Positions 22,528-35,414 of a stretch of DNA of 64,000 bases are shown here, piece by piece. Numbering within the stretch: the first letter of the stretch is position 1; every line of letters begins with the position of its first letter. The translations under genes were made by a program, and so were the position numbers. Source of the DNA: Oikopleura dioica (Eukaryota; Animalia; Chordata); NCBI GenBank assembly GCA_907165135.1, contig OU015567.1:3410001-3474000 (forward strand), in the 5' to 3' direction. The notes below the pieces were generated by a model, which worked only from the letters and a program-made list of their open reading frames with translations, searched no databases and was not told where the DNA came from.

Positions 22528-24663
22528 TTATAATTCATCAATTTTCGGTTCAATTTGTTCAATTTTCCGGCTCTTTCTGCACAATTTTGTACAGTTAGAT
22601 GTACAGTAATTCTCTTTTAAATAATTTATCAAATGCGCATGTTGTTTCCGCCTTTGTTGCTTTTCTAAATCTCGAATAGTGACCATTTTATGTTTTTGTT
22701 TTTGCAGAGAATAAAAATAAAGTGCTAGAAATAAGAATGCAAAAAGAGATATAGTAATAATGTTACTAAATTCGTTTTTATATCTATAATAAAAGGTCTT
22801 ATTTTTATCAGAATGAAAAGTCGTATAAGTGAGATTATGGTGAATCAAAATAGTACTATTTTCTAAATCATTTTGAAAGTTAACCACGATGTCATCGTAA
22901 TTTTTCTGGATCTCTAGAAAACTCATTATTTGTGTTCCACACTGAAGGTTCAATTTATGATTCCACCTTCTTAATTTTGTTATCCCAACTGGGCTAAACG
23001 TTGCTTTCTCGAGTTTTTCTTTGGGAAAATGGCTTGACTCTAATGGTGAGATCTTTGGGACTGTAAAATGGGAGATCCAAACTGTATCTTCTGACATAAC
23101 AAAAGCACATGGTTTCTTAAGGTGCATTTTCTCGAAGCATGATTCTAGCGATTTTGACTGTATAATTTCGTTAAAGCATTTTATTTTTGGATCGTTTATG
23201 TCTAATTGCTCGTAATTACAATAAATTGAATCTAGAAATTTTGGGCATTTATCGATATTGAATGTATATTCCTGGAAGCTAGCCACTATTTTTGGAACAA
23301 ATGCTTTTCGAAAGACAAAATAATCGTCACTTCGGTGGTCTGGGACAGGAATATTATTTATTCTTCTAGTATCGTCCATTTTCCACAATAACGGGTGAGT
23401 AAATTCTATATAAAATTGAAGCAAGATTTAATTATGCGCTTTGGTTGCTGCGATGTTAACGAGTCGATAGTTTTGTTATTTATATTTGTGAGCCAAATTT
23501 CCCGGTGTTTTACTTTGGATACTATTGATTATTTCAGTCACTTCACTCCTAAAATTCGTAAAATGCTCAAAAATTATATTTCTAAAGTGATTTTCAGTGA
23601 TTGCTTCTATCAAGGAACATTCTTGTTGGATTAATTTGTTTAAAGAGACTTTATTATGATAGACGTTTTGTTGGAGATCTTCGATGTTTGATCTCTCATC
23701 GGCAATAATATTTTTCAAGTCTTTCGTTGATTGGTAATTCAAAAATGATGTTGACAGCGCTGCCAGGCTCAGAATGCTACCTAACCCGCGGGGTTTTCTA
23801 TCCAAAACTGGATCAAAGGTTTTAACAGCTGTGATGTTATAAATAACGAATGAGAGACAGTTCCGATTGTAGTCAAACTCGGCGGGGCCCATGCCGGGTT
23901 CGTGGCTTGTCTCAAACTCGAAAGTTACTGTTGGATTCTGAGATTGGGAATTCCCGAAAGGTAAGAAAAAATAGCTGTGTCCATCTTTTTCAGTCTCAAG
24001 AATGGCTTTTTCGTTGTCTGATGCAAAAATTTGAATCGAATTTTTACGAAGTGAAGCTGTATTAAGAAGGACTGCGTCGGCTGGCTCTTGTAACTGGAGT
24101 GAGTAAGTCAACCGAATAGTCCCTTTGTCGGTGCTGTTCCGACATTGTTCAAGTGGTGAATATCCTGAGGCTCTTATTTGATCAATAATTGAGTCCGAAG
24201 TTAGCGTTTTTCGACAATTTTCATTTACACAGATTGCGCTCTCGGAATTTTTTATGAGAATATCTTTAATAACAATTTCTTTTTCATTTTCGAGAAGAGA
24301 GAGCTCGTTATTGATCAAATGGCGGGCGGATACATCCTCCATGTGGATGTTCTCCAATTTTAGCCAATGAGCGTAGTTACGGTTCATTTCGTGCTCATAG
24401 ATTTTGCTCAGGTTTTTTCGAATATTAACGCAATTGTGCGTTTCCTCATTGAAATCAGTGAAGGGGGCATTAATGTCGATCACGAAGGTGCGGCGGACCT
24501 CGTCGGAGATGAAGTAGGCGCCAGGGCCGTACTCGGATATCTCCAGCCCGCTTTCCATCGGATCGGCGCATGCAACCCTTATAAGAATGAAGGAGATGAA
24601 GATTCTACATCTTGTAATTGATCTTCTTCCGAGATCTGAGGTTGTAAGCTTTGTCTTCCTCAT
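22528..24663 (-). pseudogene. env: env-like fusion glycoprotein, interrupted at ~23430-23500
   Basis: Signal peptide ending ACA/DP, furin site RKPR then hydrophobic GLGSILSLAALS, heptad repeat, Cys-rich ectodomain, TM IITISLFAFLFLALYFY and basic tail. The two ORFs are separated by stops or compensating frameshifts. Confidence 0.85.
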
Positions 24664-27600
24664 TCTCGGAATCTTTTCTACGAATGTTGGTTCTGAGATT
24701 TTGGACGTCCAAAGGAGAGTTTGTGATTGGAGTTTGCTTGTCAGAATTTTCTATGATATCATGATTAGTATTAAAAAGTAAATTTTTCTTAGAACTAAGG
24801 GTCTCCTTATCTTCTGGAGTCATATCGATTTTGATTAAATATCGTCGGTTTCGAATAAGCCTTGTGCCCAATAAAAGATGCTCAATATAATAAGCCGAAA
24901 CTCCTCTTTTCTCCAAAATTTTGTATGGTCCCAGATTAACCTTTTTATGGGAATTAAGGACGTCCGTCTGATTCTTGAGAACCACTATTTCTCCTTCTTT
25001 CAGTTCATGAATTCTTTTATCCTTTATAAGAAATTTTTCGCGTTTTGCTCTTGCTAGTTCGAGGTGATAATTGTCTAAAATTTCAACATATTGCAAGATG
25101 TCTTTAAAATTAACTGATTCTTCAGTAATTTTGAGAGAGCCAAAGTGGGTTGGAGGGTCGATATTTCTTGCGACCTGGGCTGGGGTAAGTCCCTTAAGCC
25201 CTTCTTGTTCCGGTGGTTGTAAAGATTGCAACTCATTTGCACAACGAAATTTGCATCGCTAAATTTCAATTTTGCAGTTCTTATAAATGCGCGAAGATCT
25301 CTATGCGCACGTTCGACTCTGTTAGAACGTGAGTTATAAGGGGAAATGAGAGATCGATCGACATGCATGAAAGAAAGTGCTTCATGAACTGCGCAGTTAA
25401 GGAATTCGCCTCCGTTATCTGAGACGAGTAAAGCTTGCCCTTGGCAGCCGAATTCACTGAGTAGCAATATAATCGCTGGAATGACATCCTGCTTTTTCTT
25501 TGACATGACTCTTCGAACAGAGAGATGAAGAGAGAAGTCATCGAGCAAGGTAAGGTAGTGGAGCAGTTTGTCCCCAACTGTGAGCTCGATGAGATCGACA
25601 AAAACTTTTGTATAGCATGCGTGAGAAGGTTTAAATGAAACGATGTCCTTTTTAGACTTAAATCTAGATGGCTGGACTATATTACAGTAGAGGCAGCCTC
25701 CAACTGCTTCTGCAATCGCTTGTGTCTTGTTTTCCAGCCAGATTGGCTCTGTTTTGAGCTTCTCTTCGATCGGTGCCTTGCCTGAATGGGCTGTGGCCAC
25801 ATGGTAAAAATTGACAAAATCCTTAGTGAGTGATTTTGGAATGATCGCGAGAAGATCGCCTCTTTTAGTGGAGCGATATAGTAAGCCATTATGCAACCTG
25901 AAAATAGTTTTGTCGATAGTCACTGATGATTTTTTGTGAAGCTTCTCACGAATTTTCGAAAATTTATCAGACATCATCTGATGTTTTTTGATGGTTTCAA
26001 TATCCACCACTGGTCGTTGTTGGCGGAAAATTTCCGTATTGAGCTGATTGAGAGTTTTATGCTCTTTAGTTATATTTTCAGGGTCAAAGAAACTTTTCTT
26101 GACCTTTCCGATTTCAAGGACAGGTAACCTGGAGAGTGCATCGGCGACCCCTATGAGCGGGTGCTCGCCTGGGATATAATGGACCGTACAAAGCGGATAT
26201 TCGAGAAGCCTAGAAAAAGCAAGTCGCACTCTGCTGCTACCGGAGGTTTTCAGTTTGCACAAGTGCTTGGCACCTTCCAGGGACTTATGATCGCAAAGAA
26301 GCATAAATGGTCGGTCTTTTGGGATAAGATCCTCAAAAGCCTTAAGGCAATGACCTAGTCCTATAAGTTCTCTGGCTCGACTTGACAGTAACTGTTCCTG
26401 CTTGTCGAGGGCGCGGCTAGCGTAGCCAGCGACGGTTATATTGGTAATAACGTCCTCATTTTTCGTTAGGTTGCCGATAATGCAACCTGTTCTTGTCAGC
26501 GACGTATCTGCGGCTAAAAATAAGCTGTCTGGGTCACCCTCAGAGGGGTATCTAAGATGGTCGACGCTGACGCCTTTCTTGATTTCCTCTTTCAGCTCGT
26601 CGATTCCTTTTGTTATGGTTTCATTGAGTTGGAACTCCTTTCCTTTCCCAATTTCCTTTGTCAAGGGCTCAAGAAGTGCCGACATTTTGGGAATGAGTCT
26701 TGAGTAGTAGTTAAGGGAACCGATGAATCTCTGACCTTCCTTCTGGTTACGAGGATAGTCAAGGTCAAGTAGAGCTTTGACTTTCATATCGTCAGCTCTG
26801 ATTCCATTTTCAGTAATTAAGAAACCAAGAAATTTTGCTTCTTTTTTGAAAAATTCACATTTTTGGAGGGCAATGACTAGATTTTGGTCCGACATACGAT
26901 GAAGGAGTCGGTCAACACATTTATTGTGAAATCTCTCGTTCACAATGATGAAAAAGTCATCAAGGTAATTGACAAGGAAGTAATCCTTGTTCATGCCCTC
27001 AGTTCCGCTCATGACTTTATTGATAAAATACTGGAAAGTTGCAGGGCTGCTGGAGAGTCCTTGTGACATCCGCTGATATCGAAATTGCTCTCCTCCGAAA
27101 AGGAAGCTTGTTACATCGCGGCTTTTTTCCCGGATGCTAATTAAGTAGAAAGCATTACGGACGTCCAGGCCGATAAAGTATATTTTGTCATGAGGGAAAC
27201 GATTTTTGAGCGTCGTTATTGCGGAGCTTATTTTTGATAGGACCGATCGGATCGGTAGTGACGGATATTTTGGAATGATCAGTCTGCTGTTAACACTGCG
27301 CGGCCCGCAACTTGAGTAATTATTAACGACACGAATGGAATTATCTTTCTTTTTCACAAATAATACTGGAGAGTTCCAGGCGGAACAACATTCTTGGATA
27401 ATTCCGGCGTCTTTAAGCTCTTTGAGCTTCTGCTCGACGCTTTCCTGCATGCTTATATCTATTTTATAAGGCTTAGTATAGACTGGATCTGAATTGTCTT
27501 TCAATTTTAATTCCGTTAGGTAATGAGCCGAAAGTCCAGCGTCACTCACGTTTCGTGAGAATGACCAGCTGTACTTTTTGAGAATTTCTATCAAATTTGC

Positions 27601-28470
27601 CTTGTATTTACTTGGCACTTTTGCGCAGATATCATAGATTTCTTTGTCTAAGGGGACTTTTCTAACAAGCTCATTCCGTCTTCTTCTCCATTTTCGTAGT
27701 TCTTTTTGGTGAGTGATACGCTCATATGGTTCGAGTTGCTTTTCGGTAAGAAGAAAGTTTAGGTCGATAGATCTTTTTGGAGCGATGAGCGCCCCAAGGG
27801 GTGCTCCCTTTTCGATAATAATGACTGAGTTAGATCTATTTTGAATTTCAACAATTTTATTTTTTAGCGATACAGGCATCTGCTTGACAAAAACGTCATT
27901 CTCAAGAAATACTTCTTCGGGGTGCAGTATTACTTTCGATTCCGGCGTAAATGTCTTGCGGATGCAAAAATAAATTTTCCTATTGCTATGTGGCGATAAT
28001 TCAGTATCACTTTGAGCTACAATTGTGTTTGGTAAAATTTGGTCCGTCTTTTCAAAAATAATAGTCGAAACAACATCTTTGTCTTTTTTGAAGATATTAT
28101 TAATAAACTTAAGTTTATGATGTCGAAAATCAATTTTGAAGAAAGATAAGCAGTTCATACCAAGAATAACATTATATCTCATTGGTTCCTCAAGAATATT
28201 TAGTGCAACATTAGGGATCTCAATATTAGAATTTTTTATGAATAAATTGGCATGCAAAACGTTATATACTGTGCTAATTTGTTCCTTAAATGCATTTGAT
28301 ATTATGTCAGGCTCCTCAAGCCTCGATATTTTCATGCCTTCGGGGATAACTCTTTTGTTAATGTAAGTTTCCCCTGCTCCAGTATCAATAAGGCAATTTG
28401 GAAGTTCTAGCTGTTTTATGGAGCCGTCATCTTGGTATTGCTTAAGAATGATCGATGTTGTTGGAGTCAT
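24605..28470 (-). CDS. pol: pol: protease, RT, RNase H, integrase with GPY-type tail (one frameshift near 25200)
   Basis: IDTGA, YLDD, RNase H (ADTS...RELIG...CDH...ADALSR), HHCC (HVATAH...CLYC), DDE (VDL...SDNGGEF...VERAHR), GPYKI. Ty3/gypsy domain order. Confidence 0.95.
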
Positions 28471-30387
28471 GAGTTATTTTTGTTAAAGCCCCCTCTACGG
28501 CTGTCTGCGTTCTTTTTCTTGAAGCACTGGGAAATAACGTGTCCAGGCTTCTTACAGTAATTACAGGTAATTTTACTTTGACCATTTGGCTTGAAGGATT
28601 TTTGATCCTTATTTTGCCATGGCTTTTGTGCATTTTGCTTTTTAGAACGACATTCAGGGGACTTGTGGCCTGGACGGCCACACGAGTAGCATTTTATCTG
28701 AGAATTCTTTTTCTCAGTTTTCTGGCGACCGTTTTTTTGGTCGAACTTAAGCTTGCGGCAGTCACGTTTTATGTGATTTGCTTTTCCGCAGTAATTACAG
28801 GTCTTTCCGAAATTGTTTAATGATTTTTTCCCATTATGAAAATTCTGGTTGGAGGATTTTTTCCCTTTATAGACATTGTTGATTTCTTGGAACTCGCCGT
28901 TTTTATATTTTAAATATAATTCAGAGCATTTATCGACAAGGTCCATTATTTCCTTGCTCTTATCTTTTCTATATTCAAGGAGCATTTCGGAATGTTGAAT
29001 TTTCTTTGGAAGTTTGTCCAAAAAGTGTTGGAAAGAGATAGCTTTCATGGCTTTGTCCGAAATTTGCTCTGTTATGGTGTTTTTACGAGTTCTTCCACAG
29101 CGTAAAAGAAATTTCTAAGGTTTTTGTATTTATCCTCATCGAAGCGGATTTTCTTAAGCATGGATTCATATTCAAAACTGTCCTTTTTGCAGCATTTCGT
29201 TAATGTCTGCTCAAAAAGCTCTATTGTCATTTTATCCTCATCTTCCCCGAGCTGTGCCAGCTCAATTATGACAGTCCTTTGCAGGGGCTGTGGAAGATGG
29301 GTTGACATATGAGAGACTTGTTTCCATGCGTCTTTTACTCCTGCATAAAAAAGAACAAACTTGCATTGCTTAATCCAAGATTTAATGTTATCCGTTTCGT
29401 GGAATTTTGGGAGATTGTATTTGGTTGAGCTCGACATTTGATTAAGTGATATGTGGGCTCGATCATTTGAGGAACATTCCGAGTCGGAGTCACTGTCCAT
29501 AGACTCATCACCACTCGAAAGTGCTCTAATGCTTTTTGTAATTCCTCCTCATGCTTGTCTTCAAGAATTGCTTCATCAAGGTTGTCGGGCCCTTTGCCGG
29601 GCATTTCCTCAATTTTTGTTTCCTCAATAATTTCATGCTGTGGCTTGTCGACAACAAGAGAAAAGTCCTCGACTTTAGTGTCGAAGGGGCTTGGAGCTTC
29701 TTCCTTGATGTCCTCATCCTGCTGAGGTTCTGCACTCGCCATTTCTGATGCGAGTGATTTTTCCTTATCGGCCTCATCTTCAAGTTCCGCTACCGTTGTA
29801 TTTAAATTCAAGTTTGAAAGGCTTTGGAGGGTTTCCTCAAGATCGTCCTCGGCTTCGGCGACCTTTTCTTGAAAATTCTGTACGGGCTCTATTTCGATAT
29901 TTTCGAGGATTTGATAATCGGAAATTTCTCCCTTTATGACTCCATTGAGCCGATTGTTTACTGCGGCGTACCTACTGTCAAGATTAATTTCGTCTTGAGT
30001 CTTTATGACAGTGTAGTATTTGCCGAATTCCTCCGGCTTTTTTGTAATGCCGGCAACAAGGTTTCTCCAAGAGAAAATCGGAGACTTTTTGCGTACTGGA
30101 CCGCCGATTGGAACGACGTGAACGGAACAGGATTTAGATTCGAGGCATATCACCTCGAGGATAACAGCGGGAAAACAAGCATCTATTCTTTGAAGGTGAG
30201 CAATAATTTGTGTATCTTTAGTTCTTTCGAAAATTGGGGTGCCTGAGTCAATTGCTACTGTTTTAATTATGACAGACCTTATGGGCTTTTCAATTTTAAC
30301 GAAAACCGGTATTATATCTGACACACTTTTTGGGGATTTTCTAGTTAAAAATTTTTCGTATCTCGAAAGTTTTGGTGGATTAGACAT
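28467..30387 (-). pseudogene. gag: gag (two frameshifts near 29510 and 29080) with long N-terminal/acidic extension and three CCHC knuckles
   Basis: Three ORF segments join through single-base shifts. Capsid-like LPKFH...WIKQCKF segment. Knuckles CNYCGKANHIKRDC, CYSCGRPGHKSPEC, CNYCKKPGHVISQC. Confidence 0.85.
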
Positions 30388-30753
30388 ATTCTTACCTTTT
30401 CGTAGTTGTTTCTTCGTTGACTGTGATGGATTCCTTACGGAAGCTACAAGAAGAGATCAAAAGAAGAAGAAGATCGATTTGTGGACAAGAGCTTCTTTCG
30501 ATGGCGAAAGTAGGGAATCAAACAGATAAGACTGAACGTTGTCAGTTAAGGTTCGTAACCTATATGACTATTGTAGTCCACACAAAAGTTTTTCCTCAAT
30601 GTGTTGTTGAGGGTTCTTTTATGTCCTTGCTTCCCTTTTCAGGTATAGGCTAAGACGGAGTTCGTGAAAAAACACGAGACTATTAAAAGAGTCCGTTAAC
30701 GTAAATAAAAGCTTATTGGAAAGCCTGGGTCTACGATAACGTGGATTTCGAAA

Positions 30754-30765
30754 CTTCAGTCACCA
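30754..30765 (-). other. Primer-binding site TGGTGACTGAAG
   Basis: Starts 1 nt after the 5' LTR end. The first 7 nt complement the GUCACCA 3' end typical of eukaryotic tRNA-Trp; primer identity is not confirmed. Confidence 0.7.
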
Positions 30766-30766
30766 A

Positions 30767-30951
30767 TGTAACTAAGACACTTGATGTATGCACTAGAGTT
30801 CGAAAGTCCTGCTCTGTTTTTATCCTAGGGCCTCAGCGAAAATACACGGATGTACTCGCTTGACTACTAGCAGTTAATAAAGGTGAACAAGCCTTAGTAC
30901 GAAAGAGTAGATTCGTAGGGCTTGGTGGAGGAGAACTCTAATAGGTATAGA
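30767..30951 (-). repeat. 5' LTR, U5-side part (up to the hAT insertion)
   Basis: Matches 13097-13281 with one substitution. Confidence 0.95.
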
Positions 30952-30979
30952 CAGGCATATAAATTTCGTTCGAAAACCC

Positions 30980-31378
30980 AAAGCGAACGCGAAGCGAAAG
31001 CGAAAAATTTTCCCAGCCAAAAAGCGAAGCGAAAGCGAAGCGAACGCAAATCTTGCACAGCGAAGCGAAAGCGAATTCGCCAAGCGAAAAATTCGCCAAG
31101 AGCGAAAAATTCGCCAAAAGCGAAAAATTCGCCAAAAGTGAAACTTCGCCAAGAGTGAAAATTCGCCAAAAGCGAAAATTCGCCAAAAGCGAAAATTCGC
31201 CAAAAGCGAAAATTCGCCGAAAGCGAAAATTCGCCGAAAGCGAAAATTCGCGGAAAGTAAAAATTCGCCAAAAGAGAAAATTCGCAAAAAGTAAAAATTC
31301 GCCAAAAGCGAAAATTCGCCAAAAGCGAAAATTCGCCAAGAGCGAAAATTCGCCAAAAACTGAAATTCGCCGAAAATG
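30980..31378. repeat. Left subterminal array of (A)GCGAAAATTCGCC-type repeats
   Basis: Many near-palindromic GCGAA-N2-TTCGC units; produces the spurious repetitive ORFs in the track. Confidence 0.9.
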
Positions 31379-31600
31379 AAAGATAAATTTGAATAAAACG
31401 CGGGGTTAAAAGACTTTTTTTTTATTTGTGAGTTACGAGAATATCAGTAACGGGAGTGAAATTAAGTTTTCAATGTTTTGAACTTGGAATAAAAAATATC
31501 AGTTTTTTCAGTAGAGCGGATTCGGCGCATTTTTGTGACAGTGAAAATGAGGCTAAAAAATCGGCGGAATTGTGCAAACTGGAAACGAGTGGGAGGATTT

Positions 31601-31730
31601 GCGCAGACAGATTCGCGCGGACAGGTTTGCGCAGACAGGTTTGCGCAGACAGGTTCGCTCAGACAGGTTCGCGCAGACAGGTTCGCGCAGACAGGTTTTC
31701 GCAGTCAGTTTCTCGCGGACAGGTTTGCGC
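31601..31730. repeat. 14-bp minisatellite GCGCAGACAGGTTY, about 9 copies
   Basis: Read directly in the sequence. Confidence 0.85.
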
Positions 31731-31860
31731 AAGTTTGAGTGCGGAAAGGAAGCGCGAAGAGAAGTCAAGTTTTTCTTTTTCAATCAAAGGAGGGCATCAA
31801 GGAGTCAATAAGAAAGCTAAAAACAATTGTTTAGGTACTTTTATTTGACAATTATCTCAC

Positions 31861-34735
31861 CTAAGAAGAATAAGGCAGACCTTCGAGTTCTAAGGTTTTT
31901 TTCAGTGTTGCTGTAAACTGTCGGTATTTCGCCGTGATTGCTAGATGCGCAATATGTTCGCAAGTTTGGTTACATCGATGCTTGTCCAAATCATAGTCCA
32001 TAACCGCGAATGATCTTTCTATTGTTGCGGATGTAGATGGCAAACTCGCAATCTAAAGTCGGGTGAAAATCTGTCTGATATAAAAGTTTTACCTTAAGAG
32101 CAACTTCCGAAAGCATCGGCCATCTTTCTTTTTGTTGATTCCAGTACAGAAGAAGGATTTCCGAATAGAAATTTGCAGCACAAGGATCGAGTTTCTTGGT
32201 TTTGACTGTGCTTTTGATCCATTCGGGGAAGGCCTGGTCGTTCTCATATTGCGCAATCTGGTCCTGAATCTTTTCGAGGTTGGTTCTTGGTTCTCTTCGT
32301 TGATTCTGTTTTTGCGCAACGAGAGGCTGATCTTCTGGGTCGAATCTGAGTTGATTTGTCATCATTTGGGTCACTTCCTGCGATGCGGTGTTTTCGTCAG
32401 TCTGTTCACTCTCGGCTTCCGGAAAAGTTTGCGCAAACGATTCGATGAACTCTTTTGCCTCGGATTGCCATGTCTGGACTTGTTCTTTCAGAATTGAAAG
32501 ATTCTCCGAGTAAAACTCATCCTTAGAAGTGCCGCGCGATTCCAGTGCTTTCTGCGCATCCCCAAGTCTACACCGTCGAGATTGCCATTGAAGGAAGAGT
32601 GCGGCCTTATGGGCGTCGTTGATGCGTACAGGCTCGTTTTTTCCTTTTTCGAGGGTTTTTGCTTCCTGAATTGTGCCGTCTTTCTTCTTGTGTCTTGGTA
32701 CGAACACTTTCCCGCAGATCATCAGCATAGTCTTTCTTATTCCTGCTCGCGCAAGAATGGAAAGGTATTCGGTGGTAGTCTGCTCGTTAGGAAACTGAAG
32801 ATCCACATTGCAGAAGAAAACAAGGAGTCTTTCGCATGCCAGGATCGATTCGATGATCTATAATAAACGTGTTATTTTTGAGATTACGAACAAGAAATCA
32901 TAGATGAGTATATTTACCTTGCTAGAATCCTTTTCGCATTCCTTTTGGAGGAAGTGAAGCTCGCGCAAAATTATCTCCTTCGCCTTTATCCATTTAAAAC
33001 ATGGAAGAAACTGGACGGCCGGAGCAAGATGTTGCGGGATATCATCTCCAGTCTCGTATCTCAGCTTCATGAAGTTCTTTTCATGCGCAGCAAGCGTGCT
33101 GTACTTTTCGAAATCAGAAGAGAATCTGATACTTCTGTAGCTCGACTAAATTATTAGTTGGACAAGTTTGCGCAAATTATACTTACTTTTAGCTTTGGAT
33201 AAGTTGCTACTTTTTTCAAGGCTTCTTCTGCGCTGATGTCTCCTTTGTGTGACTGCTTGTAAATTCGCAATGCATCTGAAGACGTCATCGCAACAGTCTT
33301 GAGATATTTAGCCACGCTTTTTGGCTCTCCAGGTGGACCTGAGACAGTTTTCTTGCAGGCTTTAAGAAACTCGGTGATGTCCTCTTCATGTTGAGCTGGG
33401 GTGAGAAAAATGGATGATTCTTCAGAGATGAAGATTCTTGCATTGTTTTGAATGCTCTCAGACAAACAGTTGAGACTGTGCAGCCAGCAGATTGTGAAGA
33501 CCAAAGTGTTTTCCTCCATGATTCCTCTAATTTGGAGTCTGCGACAAAATTGACACGTTTGGCGTTCCAGACATCGGTGAGGCCATAAGACTAAAGATAA
33601 TTATGAGGATCATTATGCGCAAACTCTGCGCTAGTTTTGCGCAAATATTTCCGGTTAGCAAAGCCTACCTTGAGAACGTCAGCCAAGATTCTGGAAGTTG
33701 TCTCGTCATCAGTTGTCTCAGATCCCACAAAGTCGAGGGTTATGTTTGAATTCAAAGATCCTCGTTGGAGATGGATGAGAATCGAGAGACCATTTTTGCA
33801 TCCATCTTTGGTGAGCCCTTGGATAGACTTGTGATCGCCACTCAGAGTTACGATTCCTCTCCGACACAGCTCGGGAACGTTCTTGGAAACGATCTTCTTT
33901 AAATTCTCTGCGCATTTTTTTAACTCTTGCTTCGACCCGTAGCTGGAGGTGGGTCCAAAATCGCGAAGCACGTCAGGATTGACTCCAACCGAGGCCAGCA
34001 AATGTCGATCTCGCTCGACTACCTCCGATCTAGATATATATAAGGACATGAATGCGCAATCATGGACAAACTTTTGCCAGAAACCAAGGCTAAGATGTTG
34101 GCTTGCAATTACCGCCGCATTGTTTTCTCGATGAGTTTCCTTGTCATGATCTTTGATTTTCGGGAGTCTAGCGAAACTTCTGAACTGACTGGATTGCGCA
34201 AGCTCTTGTTGATTCGGCTGGACGTTCTTGTGCTTTGTTCGCAGATGGCTTCGAACTAAAAGTAAATAAGCGCTAGAATAGAAGGAGATTCTCTTACGAG
34301 CATCTTTTTTGATGTTGTATTCTTGACCAGATTTTTTCTCGTAGGCTCTGAAAGGCTTGTTCTTGTCTGCGCAGAATCCGACGCAGCGAAGCCAGCCGCA
34401 AAAGTGATTCTTGTAGAAGAGAGCTTCAAGTCCTTCCAATGTACGTGGATGGTCATCAGATGTCTGGAGCCCGCGGAGAACATCTTGAAAAATATCAATG
34501 GAAATCAAGGAAGAGAAAAATTACCAGTAGTCATGTCTCGCTCCATAATTGAGCGCCACTCGCCTGTCGCCGAAAATTTTTCGTACCATTTCCTTGACCC
34601 GGCCTGCGCAAAAAATTCCGGCGTCAAAATTTCGGTTTCTTCGTCTGAACTTGAGATTTCTAGAGTTTCATTCTCATCGTCAGGTCTCGGTCTCTTAGGA
34701 GGCTTTGAAAACTTGAGTTTTGTTTGCTTTGACAT
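31861..34735 (-). CDS. hAT-family transposase (multi-exon)
   Basis: Basic NLS-like start, BED-like C..C..HLRTKH, TLSGDH (D1), VADS (D2), CWLHSLN (CxxH), RSIRF, AALFL, YWNQQKERWPMLSEVAL and PSTSATIERSF (E; dimerization domain). Short introns. Confidence 0.85.
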
Positions 34736-35414
34736 GGCTCCTTGCCATGCGGCGCTCTCTGGCTTCTGGCAGGACCCGGTTGGGCTCGGGGGAAATTCTG
34801 GGCTCGTAATGTGAGAAAAAGAAAGCGTAGGTGCAAGTCCGGCTCCTAAATGGCCATTGTAAAAAATGCGCAGAATCCGGGGGATGTTTATTGGACATAC
34901 GAAAATACGCAACTCTTGCGCAATTTTAGTCCATGCTGATGGATGATTCACTCAGCGATGATATTTCTTATGGGCCCTGAGTGCGTCAGATTCAGCCAAA
35001 AGTTGAACAAAAAACGAGCAAAAAAGTTGGACATAGGATAGATTTCAATCTCGTAATCCCAGTAATTCTATAATCGACACTACCTTTCTTAAAATGCCCA
35101 GTTTTGGGTGGTTTCCGGTATTTCTTCCTCAATTTTGTCTTGATTTGCTGAACTAGGCCAAATAGAGAATCAAGCTCGTCATCCCCTTTCCACCACTTGG
35201 GAGCACGTTGCCATTGGCATGTCAAAACTGACTCAATATCATCAACGTAAACAGAGTCATCTGTATTGTACCCGTCAAAATCAGCATATTTCTTCGTTGG
35301 AGATTAGTTTTTAAATAGAAAATTTACAGCTAGAAATTAAATTTAAAATTAACCCTAATAGAAAGCGGCAAAACGACTGTATTCTTCAATACTTGCTCAA
35401 TAATTTTTAGCCCT

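Noticed and set aside
30980-31378. Possible CRISPR-like array
   Set aside because: Eukaryotic context, no unique spacers, and the repeats are directly tandem and mirrored at the other transposon end.
30874-31848. Repetitive ORFs (MANFRFWRIFAFGEF..., RQVCADRFAQTG...) on both strands
   Set aside because: They are translations of the hAT subterminal arrays and the minisatellite, open in several frames at once. The same applies to 39167-39513.
34992-35260. Extra hAT cargo ORF between Smc6 and the transposase
   Set aside because: Short, no clear start or domain. It could be an upstream exon or another captured fragment.
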